DNA of 64,000 nt from Coniocarpon cinnabarinum (taxonomy: Eukaryota): NCBI GenBank assembly GCA_051942205.1, contig JAVECO010000119.1, positions 1-64,000 of the forward strand, given 5' to 3'. Under the pieces are notes generated by a model that made no database searches, was not told where the DNA came from, and saw nothing but the letters and a program-made list of their open reading frames with translations. Positions 36,238 through 48,469 of this stretch are shown in pieces. The translations under genes and the position numbers were made by a program. Position 1 is the stretch's first letter. Every line of letters begins with the position of its first letter.

Positions 36238-37438
36238 ATGGTTGAGTTTCATTGGAATGTTCGTCAAATCACCTGAGGTCGACTTGGAATGCAGCGCATA
36301 GTAACCACCGTCCTAGGTCTTCCGCATCCTTGCCGATATCTGCCACACAGTCTCCAAGTGCATCCTGATTTCCGCCATACATTCCAACAGAAGTGCCGAG
36401 GGTGTCTCCCTCATCTTTCAGGGCCTCTATCTCCTCGTCTTTCTTGCTCGCTACCTCCCTTACCCGCTTGGCCTAGTGCTTGACACGCCCGATTTCCACA
36501 TAATTTGGAATGTCACCCTCAAAGTCTTCTACATCGTCTCCTCCATATATACACTCGTATTGATGACTCGAGTGTTCGCACGCACCAGAGAGCGTGAGCG
36601 TTCGTGGAAGCTCGGCGCCGCCGTCCTACTTGGATCCGCGTTGATTGCGCCATTTGTGATGATGATCTTCAGGAGCAGGAAACTGGAGAAATGGAATTTT
36701 CGAGAGGTGAGCACAATGTCTTTTCCCACAGAAACTGTTGACAATCCTGACGTTCGCAGATGTCGTGGATCTTTTCGATAGTGCTAGAGTCTGTCTGCGT
36801 TTTGCCACAACTGCTACTGCTCCGGCAAACTACCGTTCCAACTGTCATCGACTCCTTCTACTTGGCCGTGCTCGGTTCTTACCGTTTCTTCTACCTTTTG
36901 AACTGGATCGTGCAGGGCGCGCAGAAGTTGACTGATCCATTCTCCGACCGTCCAGGTGTTGATCCTGTGTCTGTGATTTTCGGCAGCATTCAAACAATAC
37001 TATACATAGACTTCTTCTGGGTATACTGGACCAGACAACGTGTCAAACTCAGGGGAGGAAAAGTAGTTGATGGCGACGATCTCAGTCAAAGCTGGCTTGT
37101 TAAGAGATTAATTGGTCGCAAAGATCGCAGTGGAGATGAAGATGGTGTACATGATGAATACGCTCATGCTGAGCGCGGCCAGAGACAGCACGATAGCTGG
37201 GGTGCACGAGGTGTGTCTAGTACATGGAACAGCTTTGCCAAGATCGTCATTCACTGACGGACCTTTCCCAGGCATATCAATCAGTGCGGATCAGCAGCTG
37301 ACTGATCGTGACAGTGCTAATGAGAGAGAGCCACTCGCAGATCCGAACTTATTCGAAGACGAGCCCGGCTCTAACGAAGAGCATCTGCCGTCCATGTATT
37401 CCTCTTCTACGCAGCCCCCTCAACACGATGAGCGGTGA
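36238..37438 (+). CDS. ER lumen protein-retaining (KDEL/HDEL) receptor family, Erd2-like, 4 exons
   Basis: MVEFHWN|VFRILADICHTVSKCILISAIHSNRSAEGVSL...WIFSIVLESVCVLPQLLLL...LGSYRFFYLLNWI...IQTILYIDFFWVYW. First intron 36259-36316 uses a GTTCGT donor. Confidence 0.88.
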
Positions 37439-37620
37439 CAAGCTCATTCCAAGGAAGTTCCAAGCTCGGTCATGCTTCACATAGTGAATATACATTATGG
37501 GACACCTAACATTCCTCGCGCCAGATGTTTGTGCATCTGCAAGTTGAGCCTCCAAGAACTCATCTTGAGAGTTAAAGGTGCACCTTCGTTCAATGTGGGC
37601 TTACTTCTATGGCATGCACG

Positions 37621-39648
37621 TCATATTTTCGCAGTGGTCTTTAGCCTGTCCTGTCCACTTTCCAACTCCGCAACGAGGACGCCTTCTCCAATATTTGCCC
37701 CATCTTCAATATTGGTCACCCAAGTCGCAACACCCCTCTGCTGGGCTTGAGCTCTTACTTCGAGCTCCATCTTCATCTGTTTAATGATGCAGATTATTTG
37801 TCCAGGCTCCACTTGGTCTCCTTCGTCTACCAAGACTTCCACTAAAGTGCCAGAGAACGGAGTTATCACATGTCTGGGATTTGTTGGATCTCCTCTGCGT
37901 GCGGAGGAGTTCGAGGTGTCTGAAGCAGATGCCGAGGTGGCATTTACAGTCATTCGAAACTGCAGTTGGCCTTCAGCCTTAGGCATAGAATAGCTGACGT
38001 CTGCGACCACGAGCCTCGGAAAGTCATTTCGGAGCACGCGATCCAGTTTCAGAAAGTGGTTAGAAGGGACAGCACCGTCAATATGCGTGAGAGACTGGGG
38101 CTCCAGCGCAATGTTCCATCCATCTCCCTTGCGCAAAAGTGCAGACGAGCTGAAAACACTCGATACGTTTTCAGGGGTAGCCACTTGCGATAAGCGAGTA
38201 GACGGGCGCCGTTCCTTTGCATGTGGGTAAGCTTTCATCAAATCGGAGGCGTTCAGCTCCAGCCATCGTGTATCGCAATCATAATTTGCAAAGTCCTGAC
38301 TGACAACAATAGCTCTGAGTAGATCGGTGTTTGTTTTCAGCGCATCGAAGTCAATGTCTTCAAGAGCACGGCGAGCTTTACGTCGAGTTTCAGACCACGA
38401 ATTTCCAGTGACAATGACTTTGGCCAGGAGACTGTCAAAGTCGGGAGACACCAGATTTCTTTGTTGTGAGGCTAGACCGGAATCCACACGGATGCCATTC
38501 CCACTTGGCAAAGAAAAGCCGTCGATTGTGCCGGTGCTCGGCGCAAAGGATCGAGATGGATCCTCTGCTGTGATGCGCAACTGCAAAGCTTTTGTAGCCG
38601 GCGGTAGAAGTGCTAACTCTGCCTGAGGCTTGTCTATATTAGTGAGTACGGTGGGGTTTTTGTAGTTCTCAAGCGAGCCGCCTTGTGCGATATGCAGTTG
38701 CAGATTGACGAGATCCACCGAGGCAATCTGCTCTGTGACCGTGTGCTCGACCTGCAAGCGGGGGTTTATCTCCAAGAAAAAGTACTCGCTGGTGAGCGGG
38801 CTTGCGAGGAATTCAAAGGTACCAAGACTGCGGTATTTCAACGTCGATGCCATGCGCACCGCGGAATCTATCATACGCGCAACGAGGTTGCCGCACTTCT
38901 GTCTGATTGAACTCGGTGCCATCTCGATGACCTTTTGGTATCGGCGCTGGATACTACACTCTCGCTCCCAGAGATGAGCGACCTTTCCAGTCCCATCTCC
39001 AATGATCTGCACCTCGATGTGCCGAAATCCCCTCAAAGCCGCTTTCTCCACGAAGATCCGGTTGGATGGGCTCTCAGCAAGAGCCCCGTTTACCGCACCT
39101 TCAAGATCAGTGTGCTTCTCGACAAGTCGTATTCCTCGTCCGCCGCCGCCATCCACAGCTTTGAGAATGACCGGTAATCCAAACTTATCGACAAAAGCTC
39201 TCACATCCTCGGCTTGCTTGACGGGCTGTGTCATCGCCGGTAGCACGGGGACATCGCACTCCTCGGCTAGTGCCCTTGCTGCCAATTTGTCACCTGTGCA
39301 AGCAAGGATGTCGGCACCAGGGCCTATCACCGTCACGCGTGCTTGTGCCCACATTTGAGACGCGAAATCCGCCGACTCGGCCAGGAAGCCATATCCTGGA
39401 TGGACAGCGTCAATGTGGTGTTGCTTGGCTAGGGAGATGATTAGGGCAATGTCCAAGTAGTCCTTGACGCTTGAGAGCTCGAGAGCGTGACTTGGTGGTA
39501 AGCTGAGCGTGTGTGCTGTATCGTTGGGGGTAAAAACCGTGAAGACAGAGAGTGGCGGGTCATGTTCGCGTGCTGTGTTGATGATTCGTACGGCAATCTC
39601 GCCACGATTAGCTACCAGGAGGTTGCGGATTGGTCGAGGTAGCGACAT
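37621..39648 (-). CDS. Biotin carboxylase + biotin carboxyl carrier subunit of an acyl-CoA carboxylase
   Basis: LLVANRGEIAVRI, HPGYGFLAES, GGGGRGIR, ERECSIQRRYQKVIE, FLEINPRLQVEHTVTE, RITAEDP, biotinylation motif QMKME and C-terminal AKI. Confidence 0.92.
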   Translation of the reverse strand: MSLPRPIRNLLVANRGEIAVRIINTAREHDPPLSVFTVFTPNDTAHTLSLPPSHALELSSVKDYLDIALIISLAKQHHIDAVHPGYGFLAESADFASQMWAQARVTVIGPGADILACTGDKLAARALAEECDVPVLPAMTQPVKQAEDVRAFVDKFGLPVILKAVDGGGGRGIRLVEKHTDLEGAVNGALAESPSNRIFVEKAALRGFRHIEVQIIGDGTGKVAHLWERECSIQRRYQKVIEMAPSSIRQKCGNLVARMIDSAVRMASTLKYRSLGTFEFLASPLTSEYFFLEINPRLQVEHTVTEQIASVDLVNLQLHIAQGGSLENYKNPTVLTNIDKPQAELALLPPATKALQLRITAEDPSRSFAPSTGTIDGFSLPSGNGIRVDSGLASQQRNLVSPDFDSLLAKVIVTGNSWSETRRKARRALEDIDFDALKTNTDLLRAIVVSQDFANYDCDTRWLELNASDLMKAYPHAKERRPSTRLSQVATPENVSSVFSSSALLRKGDGWNIALEPQSLTHIDGAVPSNHFLKLDRVLRNDFPRLVVADVSYSMPKAEGQLQFRMTVNATSASASDTSNSSARRGDPTNPRHVITPFSGTLVEVLVDEGDQVEPGQIICIIKQMKMELEVRAQAQQRGVATWVTNIEDGANIGEGVLVAELESGQDRLKTTAKI

Positions 39649-40066
39649 GGTATTCTGAGACGAGGAAATCAACGCTGTCTACCTCTCTATTCTGCAAGTA
39701 GTCTCAACTTCATCGCCCCAGGGCTGTGTTTTGTACTTCAAGTTCAAAGTGACGATCAGAACCTCGGTTGGAGGGGTCGTGGGGTTACCACATCTAGAGC
39801 ATCGAGGATTGATGCCCAGCGCAAGGCTTCGTGCAATGGGAATTGGCACATCGATGGATCGGTCGAACTTCTGTGGCTCCCACCCGTGGTCGCTCGTCTG
39901 AATGAGGATCAATGCCGTCGTGGCGCATTAGATCACGTAGCGGAATGTCTAGTAATGCTAATGTCTAATCTGCCTACTGGGCTACCGCAAAGCAGTCCCT
40001 CTTCTAGCATTGGCAAATACAACATTCTATCTCATCTACATCGTCAACATCATTTACTCGTAAGCA

Positions 40067-41869
40067 CTACGCGAACTGTGGTCGAAGTGTGCCCGCCGTC
40101 CTCTCACCCAGTCGAATGCTCATCCCCTCGTCATAGAATCGTTTCGCCCAGGCGCACACAATGCTCCTCGTGTCCTTTGGATCCACGACTTCCTCAATCC
40201 CAAAAGCATTCGCCGTGCGCACTGGGTTCATGAGGCGCTCGTACTCGCCTTTCAGGCTATCGAACTTTCTCCTCCCTGCCTCGTCTCCCCCTTCCTCGAC
40301 GGCCTCCCGGAGTTCGTGCGCATGGCTAGCCTCAATACCACCGGCCAATGGCAAGCTGCCCCAGTCCCCGCTCGGCCAGGCGATTCGCATGCGTGGGTCC
40401 CGACAATCCATCATTACACCTCCCGCGACTCCGTAACATCGCCGCACGAGAATGTTGAACACTGGCATGCTGGTAGTGTAGTACGCGAGCGCGGTCTCCA
40501 CCCCAAACTTCATCGTCGCCGCTCTCTCGGCAGCCGTGCCCACAGCATAGCCGGGTACGTCCACAAATTGCAGCAACGGCAGATTGAAGACGTCGCAGAA
40601 CTTGAGGTGCCTGGTCAATTTTTGTGAGCCTGGCGCGTCGAGCGCTCCACCGGTCGACGACGTTGGATTATTAGCAATGATCCCCACGGGCCGACCAGCA
40701 AGGCGCGCCACACCAGTAATGACAGTTTCGCCCCACAAGCTGCCAATCTCGAAGAATGATTCCGTATCCGTAACAGTGGTCATGAGGCGGCGCATGTCGT
40801 AGGTGCGACTTTTATTGCGAGGAATAGCACTGCGCAGAGACAGGTCAGTGCGATTGGGATCATCGGATGAGGTGATTACAGGAGGCGATGCCAGGCCAGA
40901 GTTGGGAAGGTATGAGAGAAGCATTTTGAGCTGTTCAAAGGCAGAATGCTCGTCCGGTGCGTAATTATCAATCGTACCATTGCGGCAATGCATGTCTGGT
41001 CCGCCCAGCTCCCGCAAGGTCAAGTCTTCCTCGAATGTAGCATCCTTGACGACTTTAGGACCGGCGTTGAAAAGTGCACCGATGTTGCCAGCCATAACAG
41101 AGAAGTGGCAGATGGTGACTCTGGCGGCGCCAAGGCCAATGGCAGGGCCGAGGACGGCACCGAGATTAGGAATGCCAGCATTGAGTTGTTTGACAACCAC
41201 GTCAAATGCGGGTAGTGGTGGTACGTAGGAGAAGCCGTACTTGCGGATGGTGGTGACCGATCCGCCGCCGGAGGAGCCATCAACGAGTTTGACGTTGGGC
41301 AGGCGGAGGGAGAGTGCAAGCTTCTCCACGTAGAGTGTCTTCTCGGCGAGTGCACCATCAGCGTGTCCAGCTCGCAGGCTGTAATCGTCAGCAGTCAGGA
41401 GGACTGATCGGCCCACAAGCTTCCCAAAGCCTTGGACGCTGTTGCTGGGGGTGAATGCGGCGGGGCTTTCTCTCTTTACCTCGAGACTGTTCTCTGCTTT
41501 GCGTGCTTCCTCTCTCCAGACCACTTCACCAGCGACGCTGCCGATCTCACGCAGACTGCCATCATCGAGTAGGGCCTCTACACGTTCTCGGACCCATAGC
41601 TTGCCGGCGGCTTTCTGACGCACGTAGCCACGATGGCTGGGGTCGGGAGTGCGAGCGAGGGTGTGGAGGGTGGAGAGCTGCTCGAGGATGTCGCTGTAGT
41701 CCGCCGGGGCCTCTGGCGTTGATTTCCTGCGCCGCGTCCTGCGTGGAGAAACTTGTATCTGGGAGGCGAGCTGGTTCAGGCGATCAACGGAGCGGATCTG
41801 ATAAGGAGTGTCTGATGGAGCAACGGTGCCATTAGATGGAGCTGAGATTGGATTGCGGCCGGCTTTCAT
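40067..41869 (-). CDS. Carboxyltransferase (beta) subunit of an acyl-CoA carboxylase
   Basis: GKLWVRERVEALLD, VKLVDGSSGGG, LGPAIGLGAA, LFNAGPKVV, ELGGPDMH, ITGVARLAGRPVGIIAN, FCDVFNLPLLQFVDVPG, IEEVVDPKDTR. ATG chosen at 41869. Confidence 0.9.
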   Translation of the reverse strand: MKAGRNPISAPSNGTVAPSDTPYQIRSVDRLNQLASQIQVSPRRTRRRKSTPEAPADYSDILEQLSTLHTLARTPDPSHRGYVRQKAAGKLWVRERVEALLDDGSLREIGSVAGEVVWREEARKAENSLEVKRESPAAFTPSNSVQGFGKLVGRSVLLTADDYSLRAGHADGALAEKTLYVEKLALSLRLPNVKLVDGSSGGGSVTTIRKYGFSYVPPLPAFDVVVKQLNAGIPNLGAVLGPAIGLGAARVTICHFSVMAGNIGALFNAGPKVVKDATFEEDLTLRELGGPDMHCRNGTIDNYAPDEHSAFEQLKMLLSYLPNSGLASPPVITSSDDPNRTDLSLRSAIPRNKSRTYDMRRLMTTVTDTESFFEIGSLWGETVITGVARLAGRPVGIIANNPTSSTGGALDAPGSQKLTRHLKFCDVFNLPLLQFVDVPGYAVGTAAERAATMKFGVETALAYYTTSMPVFNILVRRCYGVAGGVMMDCRDPRMRIAWPSGDWGSLPLAGGIEASHAHELREAVEEGGDEAGRRKFDSLKGEYERLMNPVRTANAFGIEEVVDPKDTRSIVCAWAKRFYDEGMSIRLGERTAGTLRPQFA

Positions 41870-42526
41870 AGCCTTTCCAATACAGTCCCCTCGTACTGTC
41901 TGTGGAGGCCGCGGTGCCACCCGTCCAGACTGTCGCTCGCGCTAGAAGGTTTGTCTACTATGGTCATTGGGAATTCGCAAGGAGAGGCTGTATGCAGACA
42001 TGGTCGTCATTATCACGCATGAAAGCCTCATGATTGACGCAGGCACTGCTTCGTTCACGACGGGGATGCTACTCAAGTACCGTGCACTTCTGTACCGAGG
42101 CGCCGATATCCCACCCTGCCGGCGGACGCGGCGTCTTGGCGTGCGTCACCTCATGCAACCTTTAAGGTTCTTGCATGCAAACTTTGGTGGCCGACACGGC
42201 GTGTGGATGGCCTCGGGAGATCCCGTGGCATCTGGACGATAGTAGATTTTAGTTTCGTTTCGAAAATGATGCTATCTCTGTCCTGTTCGTCCGGCGAGTT
42301 GGAGATTGGATACTGCAGCGCAGAGACAAGGTACAATGGCTTCAACGGCCTGCGGTCTAGCGCCGACGAAAGGCAGAAGGCTGCAAAAGCCATTCTGCCT
42401 TTTGAACAATCGCCGTTGTCAGTATATGCCTCACGTTGCTCCGTGAACTACACTAGCCCTGAATGTTTGCGTGACATGGTCCCCGCACCCGAGTGACTAT
42501 TCGTGTGCTGTGAAACGTTGTACACC

Positions 42527-45500
42527 ATGAGCACGAGCACTGAATTAGTCTTGTATAAGGGAAAGTCCAGGCGCTTCTCGTCGCGGCGTCCATCGCCTTC
42601 ACCACCTTCAACGCCTCCACTGGCTCTAATCAGACGTCCCGCGACCCTCTCGTCGTGTCGAAGTCAAGAGGAAGATGCTATCTCAAAACCAATTGGCAGC
42701 TATCTTGTCGCTGAGCAACCATACGAGGTCGAGACTGACTACCAGTATCCTTCTACAGGGGGTAAATACACGAATAGGTCGTCTGTTCGCGACAGAAGCT
42801 CGAGAAAAAAAGGGAAACAAATTGCGAAAAAAAAGCCCATACGGGCACCTACACGGGTTAGCGCCAAGTACAAGAGTAGGGCTCGAAGCCGGAGTAGGAG
42901 CGATAACAGGGGCACGAATGAAAATGCCACCACTGACTTCACGTCAAGTAGCGACACGGACGAGGGTGCGAGCTCGCACGGCAGTGAAGGTAGCAGCAGT
43001 AGCATTTGTCGAGCGAGCAGTCGAGTTAAGAACACACCATTCTTCACAGAGTTGAGCAGTCCTGTTTCATCTCAGTCAGGTGATGACGATAGCAGCCACA
43101 GCTCGCTAAGTCCATGTGCCTTCTCAGCCACTGAAAGCGACGACTATGAAGACTCAATTAATAACTTATATGATTTGGAGCCTCTAGCAAAACGAGACAC
43201 GGTAGACGTTGATGGAGACATGTTGGCTGGTCATCTTCGTCCAGAAGGTTTAGCGGGTGTCTCAACGTCTACCCAAGAGAGCTTACCTAGTAGCGTAAGG
43301 CTGCAACAAGTCACTCAGCAGAAACACAAGATTCCGCAGAAGCTACAATCTTTCAATGATGATGGCTTCTCGAGCCTCGTTGTTACGTCCGCATATCCCG
43401 GCTCAGCACGTGATACATCTGAGCTCTCGGCCCGTCTCACGAGCGTAGAACCTAGAGACGTCGTCCCTCAGGGAGGTTTTCATTGGGAGTAGGTGTGACT
43501 AGGCTTATTGTCAATGAGCGAACGGCTAAAATGCGATGCAGGCATATGGAAGAGCATTATCCTAACTTCAATAATTTTGAAGTAAGATTGTAATCGCCGA
43601 TAATCGCAAGCGCCGACTCTAATCGCCTCAGAATAGAAGCGCGTTCTCGGCTCACATCTTCTCAACGATATCGAGCGTGACGAATGTGGACGCTTCTTGC
43701 GTCTGATCCGGAAGTCTTCCGAGAAGGCCATCAGCGTGTCCGATAGACATTTTACCAAGAAGAGCGTTCGAGCTGCCAATCACAGCACCGACGGTATCAA
43801 GACCAACTACCTTACCCCCAGATTCCATCGCGCCCACTACTACGCGCAGAATTGGAGCTCTGCGACTCTGGAACCATCAACCATTACGTGGGTTTGTCTA
43901 CCATATTTCGCATTAGGAGCCTACGAGGAGCAAGAACAATTACATGATCCATCACAGCATCATCCAGAGCTTACACTTCATCAATACTTTTACGGAGATG
44001 CTCCCAGGAAGCAGGACATGGAGCAAGCCGCTTCTATCTTGCTAAAGCAGGAGAAATGTTTCCTCGTGCCACAACTTTGGTGCCTTGTTATAGCAAATAG
44101 TACGCCAGTGTGATGCCCTCTAGTGCTCTTCGACCTCTGCCGTACAGCTTACCGACTTTAGGATTTCTCTTCACGTGTGCTTCATCTCTATCGAATCGAA
44201 TACGTCTGGATGATTGTGGTTTATGCAAGGTCGCGCCAAGTGATCCTGCTCTTCAAGAGCGACATCCTGGTAAGTTTCAACTGCGCTAACGCCTCTCGGC
44301 TTGACATGAGCTCTTGCAACGCAGGTCACCAATTTAATTGAGCCGGCCACAGCGTGTTTCACTAATTTATTTGCTTAGCTTTTATAGCAGTCTCCTATGG
44401 AAACCTTGTCACATGGCACATACCTATTGACAAAGGCCGATCCTGGTTTGTGAGTGGTGGCACTGCATTACCTATCTAAACACACAATCTACTAAGTGTA
44501 TTGATACAGTGTGTTGCAAGTCATTTCAGACGATTTGCACCATTTGTTAGGGACTACGATCCCTCATGGGCCTTCTGGAAATCTATTCAATTATCCTATC
44601 GAGGCAAGCCCGTCACACCTTGCCAGTGGTCAAGCTTGCTGGATAATCAAAGAGATCATTGTGTACCTCTTATACTTAAAGAAGCGTCAGTTTAATATCT
44701 TCATCATCGGAGAGACTTGTGTTAATCCCATAAGCAGACCAGCGCGTGGAGAGCCCCAATACGAAGAACATCCTTTCCGCTGGATAAGGGAGCACAAGTT
44801 ACCTGCAACCTCGCTGTATGAAAAATTTGCTAAAGCATGGGGAGTACGGCCTATGCAATTTGACCCAATCCAACGCGACTTTACTATCTTTCAGTGGCTG
44901 TGTGGCCTGAATTCGTCCACCTCACAAGGCGAAAATGGGCCCACATTACTTAGCTCGAACAACACACACAACAGAATTCTTGAAAGGCTGCACACAAAGC
45001 TGAGTAATCCAAGAAGGTTCTCGAGATCCAGCCAACATGCTTATCGGGATTGCTCTCCTGCATCATATGATCAGATATGGACCCGAGTATCGGCAAGGGG
45101 ACAGAACCTCCTGCGACTGCGGCAACGCTCAGACGAGATAAAGGCGGAGGATGACTCCAGCGTCCGAGATAAATTCTCGGCACTCATCGACGATCTTCAA
45201 AATCTGTTCCCCAACCTTACGCTAAGGACGTCTCTGCAGAAAAGGCTGGAAAAATGTAAAGCAAGAGATGCGAAGAGCGCAGTTGAAGAGATTAGAAAAG
45301 TCGTCGCAAGGCAAATAAAATCCTTAGCTAAAATGCTAAAGGAAGAGTTCGACCTCGTTGCTTTTGCCCATGCCGTCTGTTATTATTTTGTCGATCCTTC
45401 CTTAGACGCATTGGTCGTCCAAAAGTTTTGGGGCGCCGTGCAACACAAGATTGACCAGATCGAGGTTAATGGCGCGACTGCGGTAAGCAAGTGTTTCTTT

Positions 45501-47137
45501 CAAACGCAACAGAACATCCAAGTCATTGCTAACATTCACCTTTCAGTACTTGGTTCCGGGGGAGATTCTCGTGCCATTGATGGAGTCATATTGGATACTT
45601 GGTTCTTCGAAGTAAGCTCTTACTTCAGCAGGTTCCACAAACATGATTTGCGAGACGAAACACATGTGTTCCTGGTTCTGGCACTTCTTACTCTTGATGC
45701 TAGTCTATTCCGCTGCTTGATTCTCAACGCTAATACGCTTGCATAGGGAGGACTTAAAGAGGGTCGAAGTACCCCATGATTTTTTGAGGCTCTGGTTGGC
45801 TTGCTTCGACCTTGTCATCGGCCTTTGCTATGACGATCCGGCCCTCCAGCTTAAAACTCGATTGATCGAATTTGCAGTCAGCAAATCCATGAACGGCCTC
45901 GCGTGTGCCTTCTCTACGCCCTCATCTGTTGAGAAGATGTAAGTTTCGACTGCAAGCAACGATCTAAATTGAAAAATGTTGTACATACGAGAAGTGCGAT
46001 CCCCATGTGTTGCGTTCGATAACTACCGAAGTCGACTAATCAACAAGCACAGGGAGACGGTCTCACCGGAGGGTGTCGTGTCGTTGCTCTGTAATCGTTT
46101 GGTTACGGATCTGACGCAGGAAGAGCCAGACATCGGCAGAATATACAACAACTCCTACAAGGCCCTGGTACGCCGTGAATTAGCATAGCAAGTTTGTCGA
46201 TAGGTTTGGGCTTACTGTAGTCGTCTGCAGTATATCAAGGTTAACGAGCAAGCTCACGACCGAGGTCACCAACAAACGGTGCACAATTTGACACGCGAAG
46301 TCGACATTATCAAGAAGATTTTGGAGCATCAACGAGAGATTGTACAAAATTTTCAGAACGCCGTCGAGGATTACGACCGCGATGCCAGCCTGCGTGATAA
46401 TAGTATGAGAAGCCTTAAGGTGGCAGCATCACTAGGTGCGACGATCGACGTGATTGAACGGCGTTTCCAAGATTTCCAAGTGCTTAAACGCAACCTTGAA
46501 GACCTTGCCCAGTTGGTAAGTTTGTTGCTTGCGACATGACATTGCTTTGCTGACTAATCTTACACCTTCTAGAATCTAATTCGCATTGACACCAACAAAG
46601 ATCGGCAAGAGGCTGCTATTCTCATTTTCACTGTGTTTACGGTTATCTTCCTACCATCTTCATTTGTCGCGCAGTTTCTTGCTATCGTTCCATTGAACTT
46701 TCAGGATATTGGAAGCATGTGAGCATTTCTATTCTCGTCACACTGATTTTCCAGTGAGCGTGCTTACACATGAAGCCAGGCAGTGGCTCTTCTGGGCTAT
46801 CGCTATGCCTCTGACTCTCATCGTGCTCACTATTGTTCTCGCTTGGGCGGGCGAACTTGAAAATGTTGTCTCAAGCGTCCTAAAGTTCTTCTTCAAAGGC
46901 AGAGGCCTCATCAAAGAAAAGGCACGAGTGTTTCGGCCCGATTCAGACGAGCGAGACTTTTCGCCGGTGGAACCATCATCCTACGTGAGGCCTAGAAAGT
47001 CACAGCGCACTCGACTACCGCCTGAGATACCGTCTGATTCGCCCCCAGAGTATGCATCACCGCCTCAATATCATGCGTCACCTCATCGTACTTCGAGGCA
47101 TCGTCACACTCGGCACAGACATCGAAAATTGGCATAA
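42527..47137 (+). CDS. Large intron-rich protein with C-terminal CorA-like two-TM domain
   Basis: Colinear plus-strand ORFs joined by GT-AG introns: TWVCLPYFAL, VPQLWCLVI, then a coiled region followed by IRIDTNKDRQEAAILIFTVFTVIFLPSSFVAQFL and QWLFWAIAMPLT. Internal exon boundaries are approximate. Confidence 0.7.
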
Positions 47138-47327
47138 CAATCGACATGACATGATTTGGCCGTCAAAAGAAGCACAAGCGGAAGCGTCGGATGCTACCTC
47201 TTGCTGTATGGCAGCCATGGGCGTGTCAACGACCCGGCATCCTTTGTGCTCTGAACTTTGGTCCGATGCAGACCCTTGTGTCGCTTCCCGTGTCGGAAAT
47301 ATTGTGTGATGATGTAGATCTGGACGC

Positions 47328-48202
47328 TCAACTCGTTTTACTTGGCCACAAATCCGCCTCAACTCGAAGTATCCGTCTATACAAGATCGCGCACTCCTCG
47401 ATGACTGTCTCTCTCGTTAAAGAAGCAGAGCGATGAGCAAGGAATTGACACAACTCATCAGCAAGTCGCTGACAGCGCTCCACGAAGTTTACAAAGTCAT
47501 CACTTGTCCAATTCGGGATGAAATGGTCGTGTAACGCTGCCGCGGCACTGTCACTTTTTGTAGGCTTCTGACTTTTTGCATAGAGCCACGCCATCAGGTA
47601 GACTTTCTCAGTTCCCCATAAGAGTATCAGTCCCATCAAAAGGCCTTTGACTCTACAGCCACGCATGATTAGTGGTATCGGTTCTTGAGCTTCCGCTAAT
47701 ATTGGTGGGCACCCAAGACTTACCCATCACGTCTCAGCCCATCACTAACATCCGCGAACAGCTCTCCATATGCTCTCAAAGCCTCGCTTTCCTCTTCTTC
47801 CTGTAGATCGAGCTCGTATTTCCGCACCACGTCTTCGAAGAATTGCATCTCACGTTGGATATTCACGAGAGCGTCGGTCACGAGGTCGAAGATGCGGAAC
47901 TCAAGGCTTCTCTCTGGAACATTTCCACATCCTTCACCAAACTTTCTATCTCTGTCGCTCGACACCCGGGACGAGAAAGGCAAGGATATTGAATTGAGAA
48001 TCGCACCAAGGAACTTGACGTAATGGCGCGTATAGTGTGTGTCTTGCACTAGCCATTGACTGAGCTTTTGAGGAGGGAGCGTGCCGCGACCGGCGTCATG
48101 AAGAAAGGATGATTGGGTTGCAGAGGAGAGGAGATCGGGTGGAGTCTGAGCAGTATCCAGAAGGTGACGTGTCAGACTCTCTGAGGGTGGGAACGAAGAC
48201 AT
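47328..48202 (-). CDS. TenA/THI-4/PQQC (heme-oxygenase-like) family protein, 2 exons
   Basis: ATQSSFLHDAGRGTLPPQKLSQWLVQDTHY, ALVNIQREMQFFE, LWGTEKVYLMAW, FIPNWTSDDFVNFV, ILRVEADLWP. Confidence 0.85.
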
Positions 48203-48469
48203 GCCGGCAGGTGTGAGTCATATGGGTACGCGACATGTATGCATTATGGATTGCTCCTGGCTACTGCCGTTTCTCACTTGTGATGTCAGCTGTGTAGTGT
48301 AATCACGGCCGATTTCATGTAGGCGAGAATCCGGCAGGGTAGTACGATGACAATTTCACTTTGGGCCCCAACATCGCATCTTGGTCGGTTGTTCTTCAGA
48401 CTGGTGCACATGTTGTATACTATACTATTGATAGTAGGTAGCCGTGTGTTCACGCGCCGTAGTACATGA

